DNA of 64,000 nt from a candidate division WWE3 bacterium RIFCSPHIGHO2_01_FULL_42_13. GTDB taxonomy: Bacteria > Patescibacteriota > WWE3 > UBA101185 > UBA10185. The stretch covers positions 67,159 to 131,158 of the forward strand of contig MEVA01000016.1 of assembly GCA_001772625.1 (NCBI GenBank). Reading direction: 5' to 3'. The notes beneath the pieces are model-generated. The model did no database searches and was not told the origin of the DNA. It worked only from the letters and a program-made list of their open reading frames with translations. Numbering within the stretch: position 1 is the stretch's first letter; each line of letters opens with the position of its first letter. Made by a program: the position numbers and the translations under genes. Positions 9,733 through 19,915 of the stretch are shown in pieces.

Positions 9733-10523
9733 TTTCTCTCAGACACAGCAATTATATTGCTGGCTCCTTGTTTCACGTTAGAAAGCTTAGTGTCTTCCAG
9801 TTCTATTTGCTGCTCATCAAAAATAGGCAAAAACATATTCACCACAGTTTTTATAACTTTCTTAAAGTGTCCAGTGTAATAAATTTTTTTAGGATTCCAA
9901 TTACTTAACTTCTTAGCTAGAATTCCCTCGTCGTAGCGGCGTAAGTGCCCAATCCGCTTGTCATGAAAAATATTCAGGGGAATTAATAACTTATTAACAT
10001 ATTTGAGCGACAGCGGGACAGCTATAAAAGCGCCTGCGTTGTCTTTACACACTCTTTCCATCTCTTTTATTGCCTTTTCATCGCTGGGCAAGTGTTCCAA
10101 AACCGCGTTCGAGATGTAGTAATCAAAGCTCTTATCGTTAAAGGGAAGCTTTTGAACATCACAGCACATAAGCGCAACCCTGTCCGAAAGACCAAACTCT
10201 TCCACTATCCTCTTTAACCTTATTAAAGATCTAAGCGTCAAGTCCACACAAACAACATTGACCCCAAGCTTTGCCAGTTCTATCGTCATATATCCGGATC
10301 CTCCGCCTGCATCTAAAACCAACTTCCCATCTAAATTCGAAAAGTTCTCTGTAAATCTTTTAACATAGCTCTGCTGCCAGGGGGATAATTTATAGCTTTC
10401 GGTTTCTGTTATTTTTTCTTTTGAAAAATAATCTACCTGATGCTGCAAATGTTTTGAAAGTTGATCCTCTAAAAAAACAGGAATGCCATTAATGACCTCC
10501 TTTGGATTATGTTTAAGCACCAT
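9729..10523 (-). CDS. Class I SAM-dependent methyltransferase
   Basis: VLDAGGGSG, LPFNDKSFD, VLEHL, GHLRRYD. N-terminal INGIPVFL resembles a Trm112-like remnant. Confidence 0.9.
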   Translation of the reverse strand: MVLKHNPKEVINGIPVFLEDQLSKHLQHQVDYFSKEKITETESYKLSPWQQSYVKRFTENFSNLDGKLVLDAGGGSGYMTIELAKLGVNVVCVDLTLRSLIRLKRIVEEFGLSDRVALMCCDVQKLPFNDKSFDYYISNAVLEHLPSDEKAIKEMERVCKDNAGAFIAVPLSLKYVNKLLIPLNIFHDKRIGHLRRYDEGILAKKLSNWNPKKIYYTGHFKKVIKTVVNMFLPIFDEQQIELEDTKLSNVKQGASNIIAVSERK

Positions 10524-11146
10524 TATTTCCTTGCTACAGCAACGTTATAAGCCAGAAGCGCTTCAGGCGAGAACGTTTCCATAAACCTTTCGTACAAATA
10601 AAAGATGGGGAGGAGCTTCTCTGGGTAAAAGTGGCATTCAAAAAACTTAAACTCTACGTCATCAAACACACCTCTGATAATCTTTTTAAAATACTTCTGG
10701 GTAAAATGTTGATGGCCCAACATCAAAACCATGTGCGGGTAAAAAAGCGGATTAAACCTATTTCCTTCAACTACAATAACACTACCTCCTGGTTTCACAA
10801 CGCGCTTTGCTTCTTTTAGACCAAGTAGATGCATTTCGTAAGACTGGTTCTTTTCGTCAACATGATGTAACACATCATGCATGTATACATAGTCAAAAGT
10901 ATTGTCTTTAAATGGAAGTTTTAATACGCCATTTTTATCTTCAATAAACTTAAGACCTTTAACATTAGTAATTTCAGGATTTGTGTAAACATCAACGCCA
11001 TAAGTGACTAGCTTAAACTTTTTTATAAAAACCTCGGCGTCTTTGCCATCACCACACCCAATATCTAGTATTTTTCTCCCTTTCTCGAAGTCAAAATTAA
11101 GCTTGTTAAAAAAGTCTGTTCTGTACTGATCAAACATTTTATTCAT
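10523..11146 (-). CDS. Class I SAM-dependent methyltransferase
   Basis: ILDIGCGDG, LPFKDNTFD, VLHH, RVVKPGG. Confidence 0.9.
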   Translation of the reverse strand: MNKMFDQYRTDFFNKLNFDFEKGRKILDIGCGDGKDAEVFIKKFKLVTYGVDVYTNPEITNVKGLKFIEDKNGVLKLPFKDNTFDYVYMHDVLHHVDEKNQSYEMHLLGLKEAKRVVKPGGSVIVVEGNRFNPLFYPHMVLMLGHQHFTQKYFKKIIRGVFDDVEFKFFECHFYPEKLLPIFYLYERFMETFSPEALLAYNVAVARK

Positions 11147-11732
11147 AAACCACTTTAATGCACTTTTCTACTAAATTTGTTACGTTGTGTGAACTGGGCA
11201 GGGGCACAAGATTAGTATTACGAAGCAGGTTAGCATAGATTCCACGCAGTTTCATGTGAAATTCCTTATCATGCACATAACCCGTTTCTCTTACCAGTAC
11301 TTCTTGAGAAGAAGCCATTAGTAAAAATCCGAAATCTGATCTTGGTATCATTTTCAAATAAATCCGAGCAGTTCTTTCGCTTAAAAACCCATGCAACACA
11401 TATCCTACAGTCCTATCGTAAAAGTAACGATCGCACACTACTACATAACGCATTAAACTCAGTAACCTCAAGTACAAGTAGTTCGCCCAAACATCAATAA
11501 TTGTGGTTACTACCAATAACTGCTCCCACAGGGCTCTTTTCTTATAATCTAGTTTTACATTATACCCCCTGCTATCGGTTTTTCTTACTGCTTTAAAAAG
11601 GGGTTCTAAAAGAAAATACCTGCTGATATGTATATATATTACTTTCCTTTTTTTACTTAAAAGCTCTTTATATAACCTTCCCGCTAGAGTTGTTTTCCCC
11701 GAACCGTCAGGGCCGCTAATCGAAATTATCAC
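11139..11732 (-). CDS. Thymidylate-kinase-like P-loop kinase
   Basis: IISISGPDGSGKTT and VVCDRYFYD. GTG start overlaps the upstream stop. Confidence 0.8.
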   Translation of the reverse strand: MIISISGPDGSGKTTLAGRLYKELLSKKRKVIYIHISRYFLLEPLFKAVRKTDSRGYNVKLDYKKRALWEQLLVVTTIIDVWANYLYLRLLSLMRYVVVCDRYFYDRTVGYVLHGFLSERTARIYLKMIPRSDFGFLLMASSQEVLVRETGYVHDKEFHMKLRGIYANLLRNTNLVPLPSSHNVTNLVEKCIKVVYE

Positions 11733-12802
11733 AGTAAACTCCTGTATAAACTGTAAACCTCTTTGCTGATCCCAGCTATATTGTGGGCGTTTCTTACAAA
11801 TTTTGCCGCATCGGCTGTATCCAAATTCCTCTTTTCTTCTAAGGTTTTAATAGCTAAATTTAGTTGCTTCGGCGACGATGCTTCATAGATTAAACAATGT
11901 TTCGCGATATCTTCAAGAGCATAGATGTTTGAAAGTATGCAAGGCGACCCATATGCAACAGCCTCCAAAGTGGTAAGCGGAACACCTAACGTACCTTGCC
12001 GGCTGGTATTAGCTTGAACATAGATAGTTTCAGGTCCAAATATCTTTGCGACATCAAAATTACCAACTTTAACCTCTATATCAGCTTTACCTACTAACTT
12101 CCGTACTTTTTCCAGGTTAGAAGAGAAAGAAACATCTCTTACCTCCTTCCCGTAAGTATATATATAGAATTTGAGTGTGCTTCCCGCTTCAAGTCTCATT
12201 TTGGCAGCGGATATAAAGACATCAACCCCTTTTCTTTTTTCCAAAGACCCTAGAAATACAACCTTTTTAGGCATTTTTGGTATAACTTCCCCTTCTTCAA
12301 CCTTGTTAAAATCTACTCCTAAGGGAATGTACAAAACATTTTTGAAATTAAGCCTTGAGTACGTATTTCTATCAGTTGCGACAAGCTTATCTAGTAAGAA
12401 ATTCCCAAAATTAAGTTTAGGTGACCCTAAAAAAGTCTCATTTATTGTGACCAAGGAGTGGACACTTCTAGCTTTCAAAGACTTACCGAGTACGCCTGTG
12501 AGACCCCCAAGGAGCGGCAACGAAGAAAAATCGTGGACAATATCATACCTTCCTTTTATGAAACTTAAGGCTTTTTTGTAAGCTAAAAGCCGGAACTCAA
12601 ACAAACCGCCGGCTTTTAGGTAGTGAAATTTCAAATTACCATAATCTTGTACGGCCTTCCCATCCTCTGTTATATAACTTAGTACATCTATCGCCACCCC
12701 ATCCATGCCGGATAAGCCTTGTAGTAGCGCGTAAATGGCCTTATTCCCAGACATCTCAATGTACGGATAACATAAATTGGAACAAATTACTAAAACTTTC
12801 AT
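11729..12802 (-). CDS. GT4 family glycosyltransferase (divergent)
   Basis: IPLGVD, FLGSLEKRKGVD, PLTTLEAVAYGSP. Confidence 0.8.
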   Translation of the reverse strand: MKVLVICSNLCYPYIEMSGNKAIYALLQGLSGMDGVAIDVLSYITEDGKAVQDYGNLKFHYLKAGGLFEFRLLAYKKALSFIKGRYDIVHDFSSLPLLGGLTGVLGKSLKARSVHSLVTINETFLGSPKLNFGNFLLDKLVATDRNTYSRLNFKNVLYIPLGVDFNKVEEGEVIPKMPKKVVFLGSLEKRKGVDVFISAAKMRLEAGSTLKFYIYTYGKEVRDVSFSSNLEKVRKLVGKADIEVKVGNFDVAKIFGPETIYVQANTSRQGTLGVPLTTLEAVAYGSPCILSNIYALEDIAKHCLIYEASSPKQLNLAIKTLEEKRNLDTADAAKFVRNAHNIAGISKEVYSLYRSLL

Positions 12803-13785
12803 AAAGATGAGAAACTAAACCAGTGATCGTAATAGGGCAGTCGATCATTGTTAATAAAATACCTTAAAAAAGCAAAATGGTAGTATGCAAAATCGTAAAG
12901 CGGAAGCTTTCCTTGATTAATCAGAATTTCAAAAAGCTGTCTCCAAACTTCTGTGTAGCTTATGAATGCAGGCATCTCCGTATTAATACCTATCTTTCCG
13001 ATGGTTGAGACGAGATTATTAAAAGTTTTCTCCCAGCCAAACTTTCTGACCTGCTCTCTAACTATATTTAAATTAAGGTTCTTGCTCTCAAGTATGCTCT
13101 TAACTGCAAAGTAGTCTAAAAGTGTTACGTAGTATCGTTCATACATAAGCTGCTTCGCATTAAGTAATAAATCTGCTTCCAAAGATGGGCACAAACATCT
13201 AGTGCCGTTTATTTCTCTGTCTTTAGGGTTTCTCCAAACAAAATCAAGATCAATATGCTCTAACCCCTGCCAATAAAACTTTCTGTGCAAGTCAATATTC
13301 AGAAGCCCCTCTTTTCTACAATTCCTCTGATGCAAGCCTTGTTTTCTTGGATGTGAAAATATCTTACAACCAGCCTCTCTTAAAAGAGTTTGGGCGTTGT
13401 GAAAGTCTTCGTAGTGAACTAGAACATCCACATCAAAGGTTACGTAATCTAAAAACTTAAAAGTTTTTACAACCAAATAATTAACCCCCCGCCCACGCAA
13501 ATTCTTTTCCAGAAAGTCTATCGTGTCGGTAAATTTTCTAATCTCCAACGCACCAGCATCTAATATCTTTTTAAGGTCGGATTCTTTTTTACTATCAAGT
13601 TCTACCAACTTTTCCTGTAAATACCGGCTGGTGGTATATAAAACTCTATTTTGTGATAAATACTTTAAAAAGGCCACCCACTCTTCAGAACTTAGACTAT
13701 TTATCCATTTAGAATAGTCAAAGTCTTCCTGTCCGAGTGTAGAATTAAAAACTTTATTTGCGTTTCGTACTAAAGATTCTTTCAT
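12799..13785 (-). CDS. Nucleotidyltransferase family protein (NTP_transf_5-like, pol-beta superfamily)
   Basis: YLVVK...DVDVLV (DxD), IDLH, PSLEADLLL and TLLDY pattern. Confidence 0.7.
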   Translation of the reverse strand: MKESLVRNANKVFNSTLGQEDFDYSKWINSLSSEEWVAFLKYLSQNRVLYTTSRYLQEKLVELDSKKESDLKKILDAGALEIRKFTDTIDFLEKNLRGRGVNYLVVKTFKFLDYVTFDVDVLVHYEDFHNAQTLLREAGCKIFSHPRKQGLHQRNCRKEGLLNIDLHRKFYWQGLEHIDLDFVWRNPKDREINGTRCLCPSLEADLLLNAKQLMYERYYVTLLDYFAVKSILESKNLNLNIVREQVRKFGWEKTFNNLVSTIGKIGINTEMPAFISYTEVWRQLFEILINQGKLPLYDFAYYHFAFLRYFINNDRLPYYDHWFSFSSL

Positions 13786-14578
13786 AAACCAATCCTATAA
13801 GAACTGCCGCACTTTCAACAAACTTCAAGAAAATAAAACCTAGTGTTAAAAGGGGGTGGCTTAGCAAGCGTTTCCAGTTCCTTATGTAGGCAGTACGGAA
13901 AAAGGGTATCTGCCTTCTCACATTTTCATTCCCAACCTGTAAGTACTTATTTAGCTTTCTTCCATAATAAAACTTTCCTATAAAAGCATCCTTTACACTG
14001 TAATTATCAAGATTATGATGCATGACCGACCTATTCCTCACTAAAATATATCCCTCTTTTCTAAGTCTGTAAGCAATATCCCAGTCCTCACCCGCAACTA
14101 AATTTGTATTGAAACCACCTACCTTCTTAAAGGCACTTCTTCTTATAAACCAAGGGGACTCTAAGTCGTCATCTCCGTCATAGCAGATTCTTTCCAGGTT
14201 TTTGGCTTTTACCCAAAAGCCACTTCCTTTATGCCGCAGGGGTATCATAACCCCGTCTGCCCCACCTTGGCACAACTCAACACACTCCTTAATTACATTC
14301 TTTTCTAACTCACAATCTGAATCCAGAATTAAAACATACTCTCCTCGGGAGTTGCTAACCCCAAAATTCTTTTGGTCGGATCTTTCCGGCCCTTTATTTA
14401 ACACTTGTGTATTAAATTCCTGGGCAATTTGCCTAGTACCATCACTTGAATCATTATCAACAATCAATACCTCAAGTTTTTCATAAGACTGGGCAAAAAC
14501 TTTTTCTAATACTACTCTTAAATGTTTTGCAGAATTTTTAGTGGGTATTATTACCGAAACTAAACTATCTAGTTTCAT
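13754..14578 (-). CDS. GT2 family glycosyltransferase
   Basis: VSVIIPTKN, VDNDSSDGT, LDSD, GEDWD. Start moved to ATG 14578 after an AAGGA SD. Confidence 0.9.
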   Translation of the reverse strand: MKLDSLVSVIIPTKNSAKHLRVVLEKVFAQSYEKLEVLIVDNDSSDGTRQIAQEFNTQVLNKGPERSDQKNFGVSNSRGEYVLILDSDCELEKNVIKECVELCQGGADGVMIPLRHKGSGFWVKAKNLERICYDGDDDLESPWFIRRSAFKKVGGFNTNLVAGEDWDIAYRLRKEGYILVRNRSVMHHNLDNYSVKDAFIGKFYYGRKLNKYLQVGNENVRRQIPFFRTAYIRNWKRLLSHPLLTLGFIFLKFVESAAVLIGLVYERIFSTKRK

Positions 14579-14585
14579 AGTTTCC

Positions 14586-15596
14586 TTATAGGAGCCCTTT
14601 GGACTTGTACCAATCAATAGATTTTTGTATTCCGTCTTTTAATGAAACTGTGGGCTTGTAGTGAAGTAATCTTTTGGCCTTTTCACACTCATACACATTT
14701 ACATCCTTAGACATCCATTCTGAGGCCGTTCTGGAAAATGGAGGGAAGATACCTACTATCTTGCTGAGAAACTCTGTAACTACGCCTATGTAGTACCCCA
14801 CCTTAGGATGAAGCTTTAGGCGCGGCCTAGCTACCCTTAGCTCATCTGCCATCGTATTTAAAACATCCTTAATTTTATATGGCTGACCATCAGTTATATT
14901 AAATGTTTCGCCAACTGCATTTCCATCTTTCTCAGCGAGTAACAATGCCTGAACAACGTTATCTACGTACGCGAATTCCATTTTTGCTTCCCCGCTATCA
15001 AAAATTGGAAAAATCCCTAACTTTACAAACTTAAACATAATTAATCTAACTAAACACCTAGGCCCGTAAACTAAACATGGTCTTACAACTATTACTGGAA
15101 TTTTGTGTTTATAGTGGTAGTGTAAAGCAATTCTTTCGCCCTCTCTTTTGGTTTGACCGTATTTTAACCCATCGTATTGATATTCATCCTCACTTAGCGG
15201 GTGGCCGTCCGGACTTACTCCCAAAACAGAAACTGTGCTTACATGCACAAATTTCTTGACACCAACCGCCTTAGCAGCCTCCAGTATATTTTCGGTTCCT
15301 TTAACATTGACGTCATAGTATTTTTCATCCGTCACAGCCATGGGTCTGGAGATACCAGCTAGATGAAAAACGGTATCACACCCTTTTATGGCTTCTTTTA
15401 GGCTTTCTGCATCTCGTAAGTCACCATAAATAATCTCGGCACCCAACTCCTCTAACAACCGCTCGTTTTCTTTCTCTATGGGCTCAAGAGGCTCTTTCAA
15501 TGCTAATACTTTGACCTGTCTTTCCTGCTCTAGAAGCCTTTCAGTCAGGTGGCTACCAATAAATCCCGTACCTCCGGTCACCAAAATCTTTTCCAT
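14586..15596 (-). CDS. NAD-dependent epimerase/dehydratase (extended SDR, 3-beta-HSD/HpnA-like)
   Basis: ILVTGGTGFIG, HLAG, YGQTK, VRPCLVYGP. TAATG overlap at 15596. Confidence 0.88.
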   Translation of the reverse strand: MEKILVTGGTGFIGSHLTERLLEQERQVKVLALKEPLEPIEKENERLLEELGAEIIYGDLRDAESLKEAIKGCDTVFHLAGISRPMAVTDEKYYDVNVKGTENILEAAKAVGVKKFVHVSTVSVLGVSPDGHPLSEDEYQYDGLKYGQTKREGERIALHYHYKHKIPVIVVRPCLVYGPRCLVRLIMFKFVKLGIFPIFDSGEAKMEFAYVDNVVQALLLAEKDGNAVGETFNITDGQPYKIKDVLNTMADELRVARPRLKLHPKVGYYIGVVTEFLSKIVGIFPPFSRTASEWMSKDVNVYECEKAKRLLHYKPTVSLKDGIQKSIDWYKSKGLL

Positions 15597-16633
15597 TATT
15601 GTTTCCATTCCTTTCTGCTTAATTCAGCGTTATTAAAAACCGAAACTAATGTCCCCAAGCTGTATTCCCACAACGTAACAAGACAAGCCAGAGGATGAAA
15701 AAACCACGCCGAATCTTTTTTTTTCATGTACCCCCGAATGGTTTGTATCACAAGCGGAAAAAAAGTCAGGCAGTAAAATACAAAAATTACAACTGCCTTA
15801 AAACTTCTGGATGACACATCAACTAAACGCCACTCATATTCCCTATTATCAACATTACGATGAAATAAGTAATCTCTAACTCTTCTTCTTTGCTTCCTCG
15901 CAAACTTTCCAATATCACGCTCACAGTAAGTGTGTATGATTCCATTCTTTACTTTAATAAATACTGCCGCACCACTTTTTTTTATATAAGAAGCCAAAAT
16001 ATCTATATCAAACAAGTAACTCCCTCTTAGATTTTCCTTCAAAAATTGTGTTCTAAAAACGGTACCGTTAGCACCAATTGTGGGAAGGTTCGTGGAGTTA
16101 AACTTTACTAGCAAATAACTTCCTTTATCTTGTTCGTCTCTTGCGACTTCCGTCCACTTTCCCGTAAGAAGGTTTACACGATCATAATTACCTAAAAAAT
16201 GAACAAACGGGTCATTCATTCCAATCAAAGCACAGTATCTTGTTATAAAACCATCTTTCTTTCTCCAAGTATATTTCCAGGGTTCACTACCTACAGCCGC
16301 GGGCTCTTTCATAAGTGGCCCAACCATTTCCTGCAACCAGGTATTGGTGGGCAAGATGTTATCGGAATCAACAAGGGCGATTAATTCCCCACCTGCCGCC
16401 CCCACACCTACGGCTTTGCCTGCTTCAGCTGTTTTTAGATCGTTTTTTACTATTTTTGCCCCAAATTTTGCTGCAATTGCTAAAGTGTCGTCGATAGAGC
16501 CCCCATCGGCAACAATTATCTCAACTTTCTCTTTTGGATAGTCTTGGGAATCAATTGACTCTAAACAAAACCGCAATACACTTGCGGCGTTAAGTGTAGG
16601 CACAACTATTGAAACTTTAGGTAAATTAATCAC
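15596..16633 (-). CDS. GT2 family glycosyltransferase with C-terminal membrane segments
   Basis: VSIVVPTLN, ADGGSIDDT, VDSDN. Confidence 0.9.
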   Translation of the reverse strand: MINLPKVSIVVPTLNAASVLRFCLESIDSQDYPKEKVEIIVADGGSIDDTLAIAAKFGAKIVKNDLKTAEAGKAVGVGAAGGELIALVDSDNILPTNTWLQEMVGPLMKEPAAVGSEPWKYTWRKKDGFITRYCALIGMNDPFVHFLGNYDRVNLLTGKWTEVARDEQDKGSYLLVKFNSTNLPTIGANGTVFRTQFLKENLRGSYLFDIDILASYIKKSGAAVFIKVKNGIIHTYCERDIGKFARKQRRRVRDYLFHRNVDNREYEWRLVDVSSRSFKAVVIFVFYCLTFFPLVIQTIRGYMKKKDSAWFFHPLACLVTLWEYSLGTLVSVFNNAELSRKEWKQ

Positions 16634-16745
16634 GTTATTATTCTATCTTTTAGGCAGAGGGAAGGCTAGGAAGATATACCTAAATCTTGTTAAGCATGTT
16701 ACATTCTAGCCTGTTCTGGCAGTAATTTAAACAAGTTAAAGAAGT

Positions 16746-16774
16746 TTGACTAAAAAGACAATGGCCTGTAGAAT
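16746..16774 (+). promoter_or_regulatory. Sigma70-type promoter of the HD-domain gene
   Basis: TTGACT-17 bp-TAGAAT, with SD AAGGAGAGG at 16828-16836. Confidence 0.75.
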
Positions 16775-16838
16775 TCGATGGCTTATAGTAGTTTCGGCCT
16801 AATTTGCACGCAAACTAAACAAATCAAAAGGAGAGGTT

Positions 16839-17549
16839 GTGAGCGAAATTCTGGAGTTACCGGGCAGTAGTCTTATTGCCCGGCAGTTTAAAGAAATGCT
16901 GGAAAAGATCGTTTTGCCTACAATCGGGCGGAATAGCTTATCCAGCATTTGGGCGGAGCTGTACCAGCATGGAACCCATCCCCTCATATACCAAGTGGGT
17001 GGGAACTGGGAAGTTTGGGGGAACAAGGACAACAATGGGAATTCCCAGCTCCTGGCCCACATGATCCTCGTAGCTTCGGGCTGCGCAGTCGTCTCTAAAG
17101 AGATGGGGATTGATGCTAGGGATGTTACCCTCGCGGGGATGGTTCACGACGGTCATAAGAGGATGGATATCGAGGTTGGATCTGATGAAGGTCACACCGC
17201 CTCTTATAAGCGTCTGATCGATCTCTTTGGTGCACAAGTAGCCCAGATTGCTGAATATAGCGGCCACACCAGCATGCATAATGTGGTTGCCGAACTAGCC
17301 ATGCCTGGGCGGGATTGGGGAAAACTTCTCTTCTTCCTGATCGACGGTATTGCTGTGCACGATGGCTTCCAACCAGTCTCAGCCAAATGCGACTATCTGG
17401 ACTCGGTCGCCGCGGAAGGCAAAAAATACCAGTACAACTCGGATGGAATTAAAGAGTGGGGCCACCCGTTCTTTACATTCCAACGCTACTTGTCTGAAAC
17501 CATTCAGGCAATGGTTGCCCACAAGCTTGGGGTTTTTACTGCCGACTAA
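16839..17549 (+). CDS. HD-domain metal-dependent phosphohydrolase; C-terminus probably truncated by a 1-nt frameshift (intact end at 17598)
   Basis: Metal-ligand pattern AHMILVA...MVHDGHKR...SGHT...FLIDG. GTG start with a strong SD. Confidence 0.7.
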   Translation: MSEILELPGSSLIARQFKEMLEKIVLPTIGRNSLSSIWAELYQHGTHPLIYQVGGNWEVWGNKDNNGNSQLLAHMILVASGCAVVSKEMGIDARDVTLAGMVHDGHKRMDIEVGSDEGHTASYKRLIDLFGAQVAQIAEYSGHTSMHNVVAELAMPGRDWGKLLFFLIDGIAVHDGFQPVSAKCDYLDSVAAEGKKYQYNSDGIKEWGHPFFTFQRYLSETIQAMVAHKLGVFTAD

Positions 17550-17615
17550 TCTTGCAAACTATATCGACATTCTGCTGGTAGAAGAGCTTGCAAAATAATA
17601 TCAGTACGGTTTACA

Positions 17616-17644
17616 AAAATGGGATCACCTAGTGATCCCATTTT
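17616..17644. terminator. Bidirectional intrinsic terminator between convergent genes
   Basis: Perfect 13-bp inverted repeat AAAATGGGATCAC-cta-GTGATCCCATTTT with T-runs on both strands. Confidence 0.85.
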
Positions 17645-17677
17645 CTTTTCCACTAACATTGCAGTGTAAGAAAAGTC

Positions 17678-19915
17678 CTATGCAGAAATCTCCATCTCAC
17701 CAAACATACGTTTGAAAATATTATCCCAGGTCATGTTATGCGAGAAGTTGTAAACGTTTTGCTCAATCTTTTTTCTTTCCTCACCGTCTCCCAGCAACTC
17801 GCTAACATTCATAACAAAAGAGTCTACATTGTATTCGACAACCCTACCTAAGTTTTGTTTCTTAATATCTTCCGATAATGGAATCACCGAAGTAGTAATT
17901 ATGGGCAATCCGCAGGACATATAATCTTTTGGCTTCGTGACATCTGAAAATCTCTTGTAGGTAGTTTTTGTATCCTCGTACGTAGCTAAACCAAGAGTGC
18001 TTTCTTTCAATAAACTAAGCCACCTCTCCCTATCCTCGGTGGTATCAATAAAGCCCATGAAATCAACGTTTTTGCTAACCCCAAGCTTATCGGCCATACT
18101 CTCCAGCTTCCCTTTAAGCTCCCCATCCCCGATTATTCTTAGCCTCAAGTCTGGAAACTTTTTTAAAAGCGCGGGCATTGATTCAATAATTAATTCCAAT
18201 CCAAACTCGGGCGTTAGTCCCCCGCTGTAAACTAAAATGTTATCTTTTCTTTCAATTTTCACCTCTCCTGCCTGCTTAACAACCCCTATAGGCACAGTGA
18301 TTTGATGCTTTTCTTTGGCCTTTTCACCAAGTTCCTGAATTCTTTGTCTGGCCATTCTATCCGAAACATTCAACGTGTAATCACTACCGAAAAAGGCTGC
18401 TCTGTCCATCCACACATAAACTTTGTTTAGAAGTCCTACCTTAAATCTATTTTCCATAACATAGTCGATAGTAAAGAAAGCAACTTTGCGAACCTTACCC
18501 AACTTCTTGAGTAGCAAGCCAAAGATAGCGTTAAACGAGTCTACCCCAATGTATAAATCAAACTTTTCTTTTGATGTTAAGAAATACCAAATGTTATAAA
18601 AGGCGTCCCTGAAGTAAAACAAGAACTCATTCCTAGGCAGTACCGGAGATTTCTTTTCTTTAACAAGCTTGCCCCTCTTAAATATGTTGAGATAAGAAAT
18701 AGCCTCACCTTTTGTGTAGAAAAATTTATGCGCAACGTAATAAAGCGTATCAATACCCTTTTTATTTAAGAAGTCACGAAGCTCCTGACCACTTCCCTTA
18801 AAGTGTTCATGCGTTACCACAGCAATTTTTTGACCTAAGATACTGTTCATTTTCTTGCTTTTTGTTTCCATCTCCCATCTGTCGCAAATTTCTTCGATTA
18901 TCTCATTTATACCATACGTGTACTTCCAATCCGGATAGTGCTTCTTAAATTTAGAGACATCCGATACATACCAGATATGATCGCCGGACCTGTTTTCATC
19001 CGAATATGAAATGTTACCTTTTTTGCCCAAATAAGTTTCTATTTTTTCAATAGCCTCCATCATTGAAACGTTTGAGTGCCTAGAGCCTCCAACGTTATAA
19101 ACCTCGCCCGGCCTAGGATTTTTATAAAACTCATGAAACATAGTTATTAGATCGTACGAGTGAATGTTGTCTCTCACCTGCTTACCCTTATAACCATAAA
19201 TGGTGTAGGGCCTGCCTTCGGCAATACATTTGGCTAAATAGGCCAAAAACCCATGTAATTCGGCACCGGAATGGCCCGGACCTGTTAAACATCCTCCCCT
19301 AAATACACCTGTTCTTAAGCCAAAATACTTACCGTATTCCTGCACCATCACATCAGCCGCTACTTTAGACACACCAAAAATACTATGCTTTGAGTCATCA
19401 AGGGACATCGTCTCATCAATACCTTCTTTATACTGATGGCTTGGATCAATCTCATAACGCTTGTCTAGTTCTATTAACGGGAGAAGGTTTGGTCTGTCAC
19501 CATAGACTTTATTTGTTGAAGTAAAAATAAAAACCGCTTCCGGAGAATATTTTCTGTATGCCTCAAGAATATTTAACGTGCCGGTAGCGTTTACGGAAAA
19601 GTCTGTTAGAGGTTCTCTGGCAGCCCAATCGTGAGATGGTTGCGCTGCTGTGTGGATGATTAAATCGAATACGTGGTTAGAAAAAATCTCATCAATTGCT
19701 TTTTCGTCCCGTATATCCACATCATAATGCTTGTAGTTTTTGTGTTTTTCTTCAAGCAACGCACGGCTCCAAGCTGTACTTGCTTCATCGCCAAAAAAAT
19801 ATCTTCTCATGTCGTTGTCTATTCCAACAACATCAAAACCCCGCTCCAAGAAATATCTTGAGGCTTCAGAGCCTATTAGACCTGCTGATCCGGTTATTAA
19901 TACGATTTTTGCCAT
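17678..19915 (-). CDS. Fusion of a CDP-paratose/tyvelose-epimerase-like SDR and a C-terminal GT4 glycosyltransferase
   Basis: N-terminal [36 protein letters not shown] (about 345 aa). C-terminal [25 protein letters not shown]. Confidence 0.85.
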   Translation of the reverse strand: MAKIVLITGSAGLIGSEASRYFLERGFDVVGIDNDMRRYFFGDEASTAWSRALLEEKHKNYKHYDVDIRDEKAIDEIFSNHVFDLIIHTAAQPSHDWAAREPLTDFSVNATGTLNILEAYRKYSPEAVFIFTSTNKVYGDRPNLLPLIELDKRYEIDPSHQYKEGIDETMSLDDSKHSIFGVSKVAADVMVQEYGKYFGLRTGVFRGGCLTGPGHSGAELHGFLAYLAKCIAEGRPYTIYGYKGKQVRDNIHSYDLITMFHEFYKNPRPGEVYNVGGSRHSNVSMMEAIEKIETYLGKKGNISYSDENRSGDHIWYVSDVSKFKKHYPDWKYTYGINEIIEEICDRWEMETKSKKMNSILGQKIAVVTHEHFKGSGQELRDFLNKKGIDTLYYVAHKFFYTKGEAISYLNIFKRGKLVKEKKSPVLPRNEFLFYFRDAFYNIWYFLTSKEKFDLYIGVDSFNAIFGLLLKKLGKVRKVAFFTIDYVMENRFKVGLLNKVYVWMDRAAFFGSDYTLNVSDRMARQRIQELGEKAKEKHQITVPIGVVKQAGEVKIERKDNILVYSGGLTPEFGLELIIESMPALLKKFPDLRLRIIGDGELKGKLESMADKLGVSKNVDFMGFIDTTEDRERWLSLLKESTLGLATYEDTKTTYKRFSDVTKPKDYMSCGLPIITTSVIPLSEDIKKQNLGRVVEYNVDSFVMNVSELLGDGEERKKIEQNVYNFSHNMTWDNIFKRMFGEMEISA

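Noticed and set aside
11139-11732. Calling this gene housekeeping tmk
   Set aside because: It lacks the typical REP/dTMP-binding motifs and sits in a glycan operon, so no symbol was assigned.
15716-15724. A/T homopolymers of 8-9 nt in GT genes (also ~661, ~11647, ~29207) as phase-variation tracts
   Set aside because: Such runs are expected in AT-rich Lys/Phe codons, the frames are intact, and no long G/C tracts were seen.
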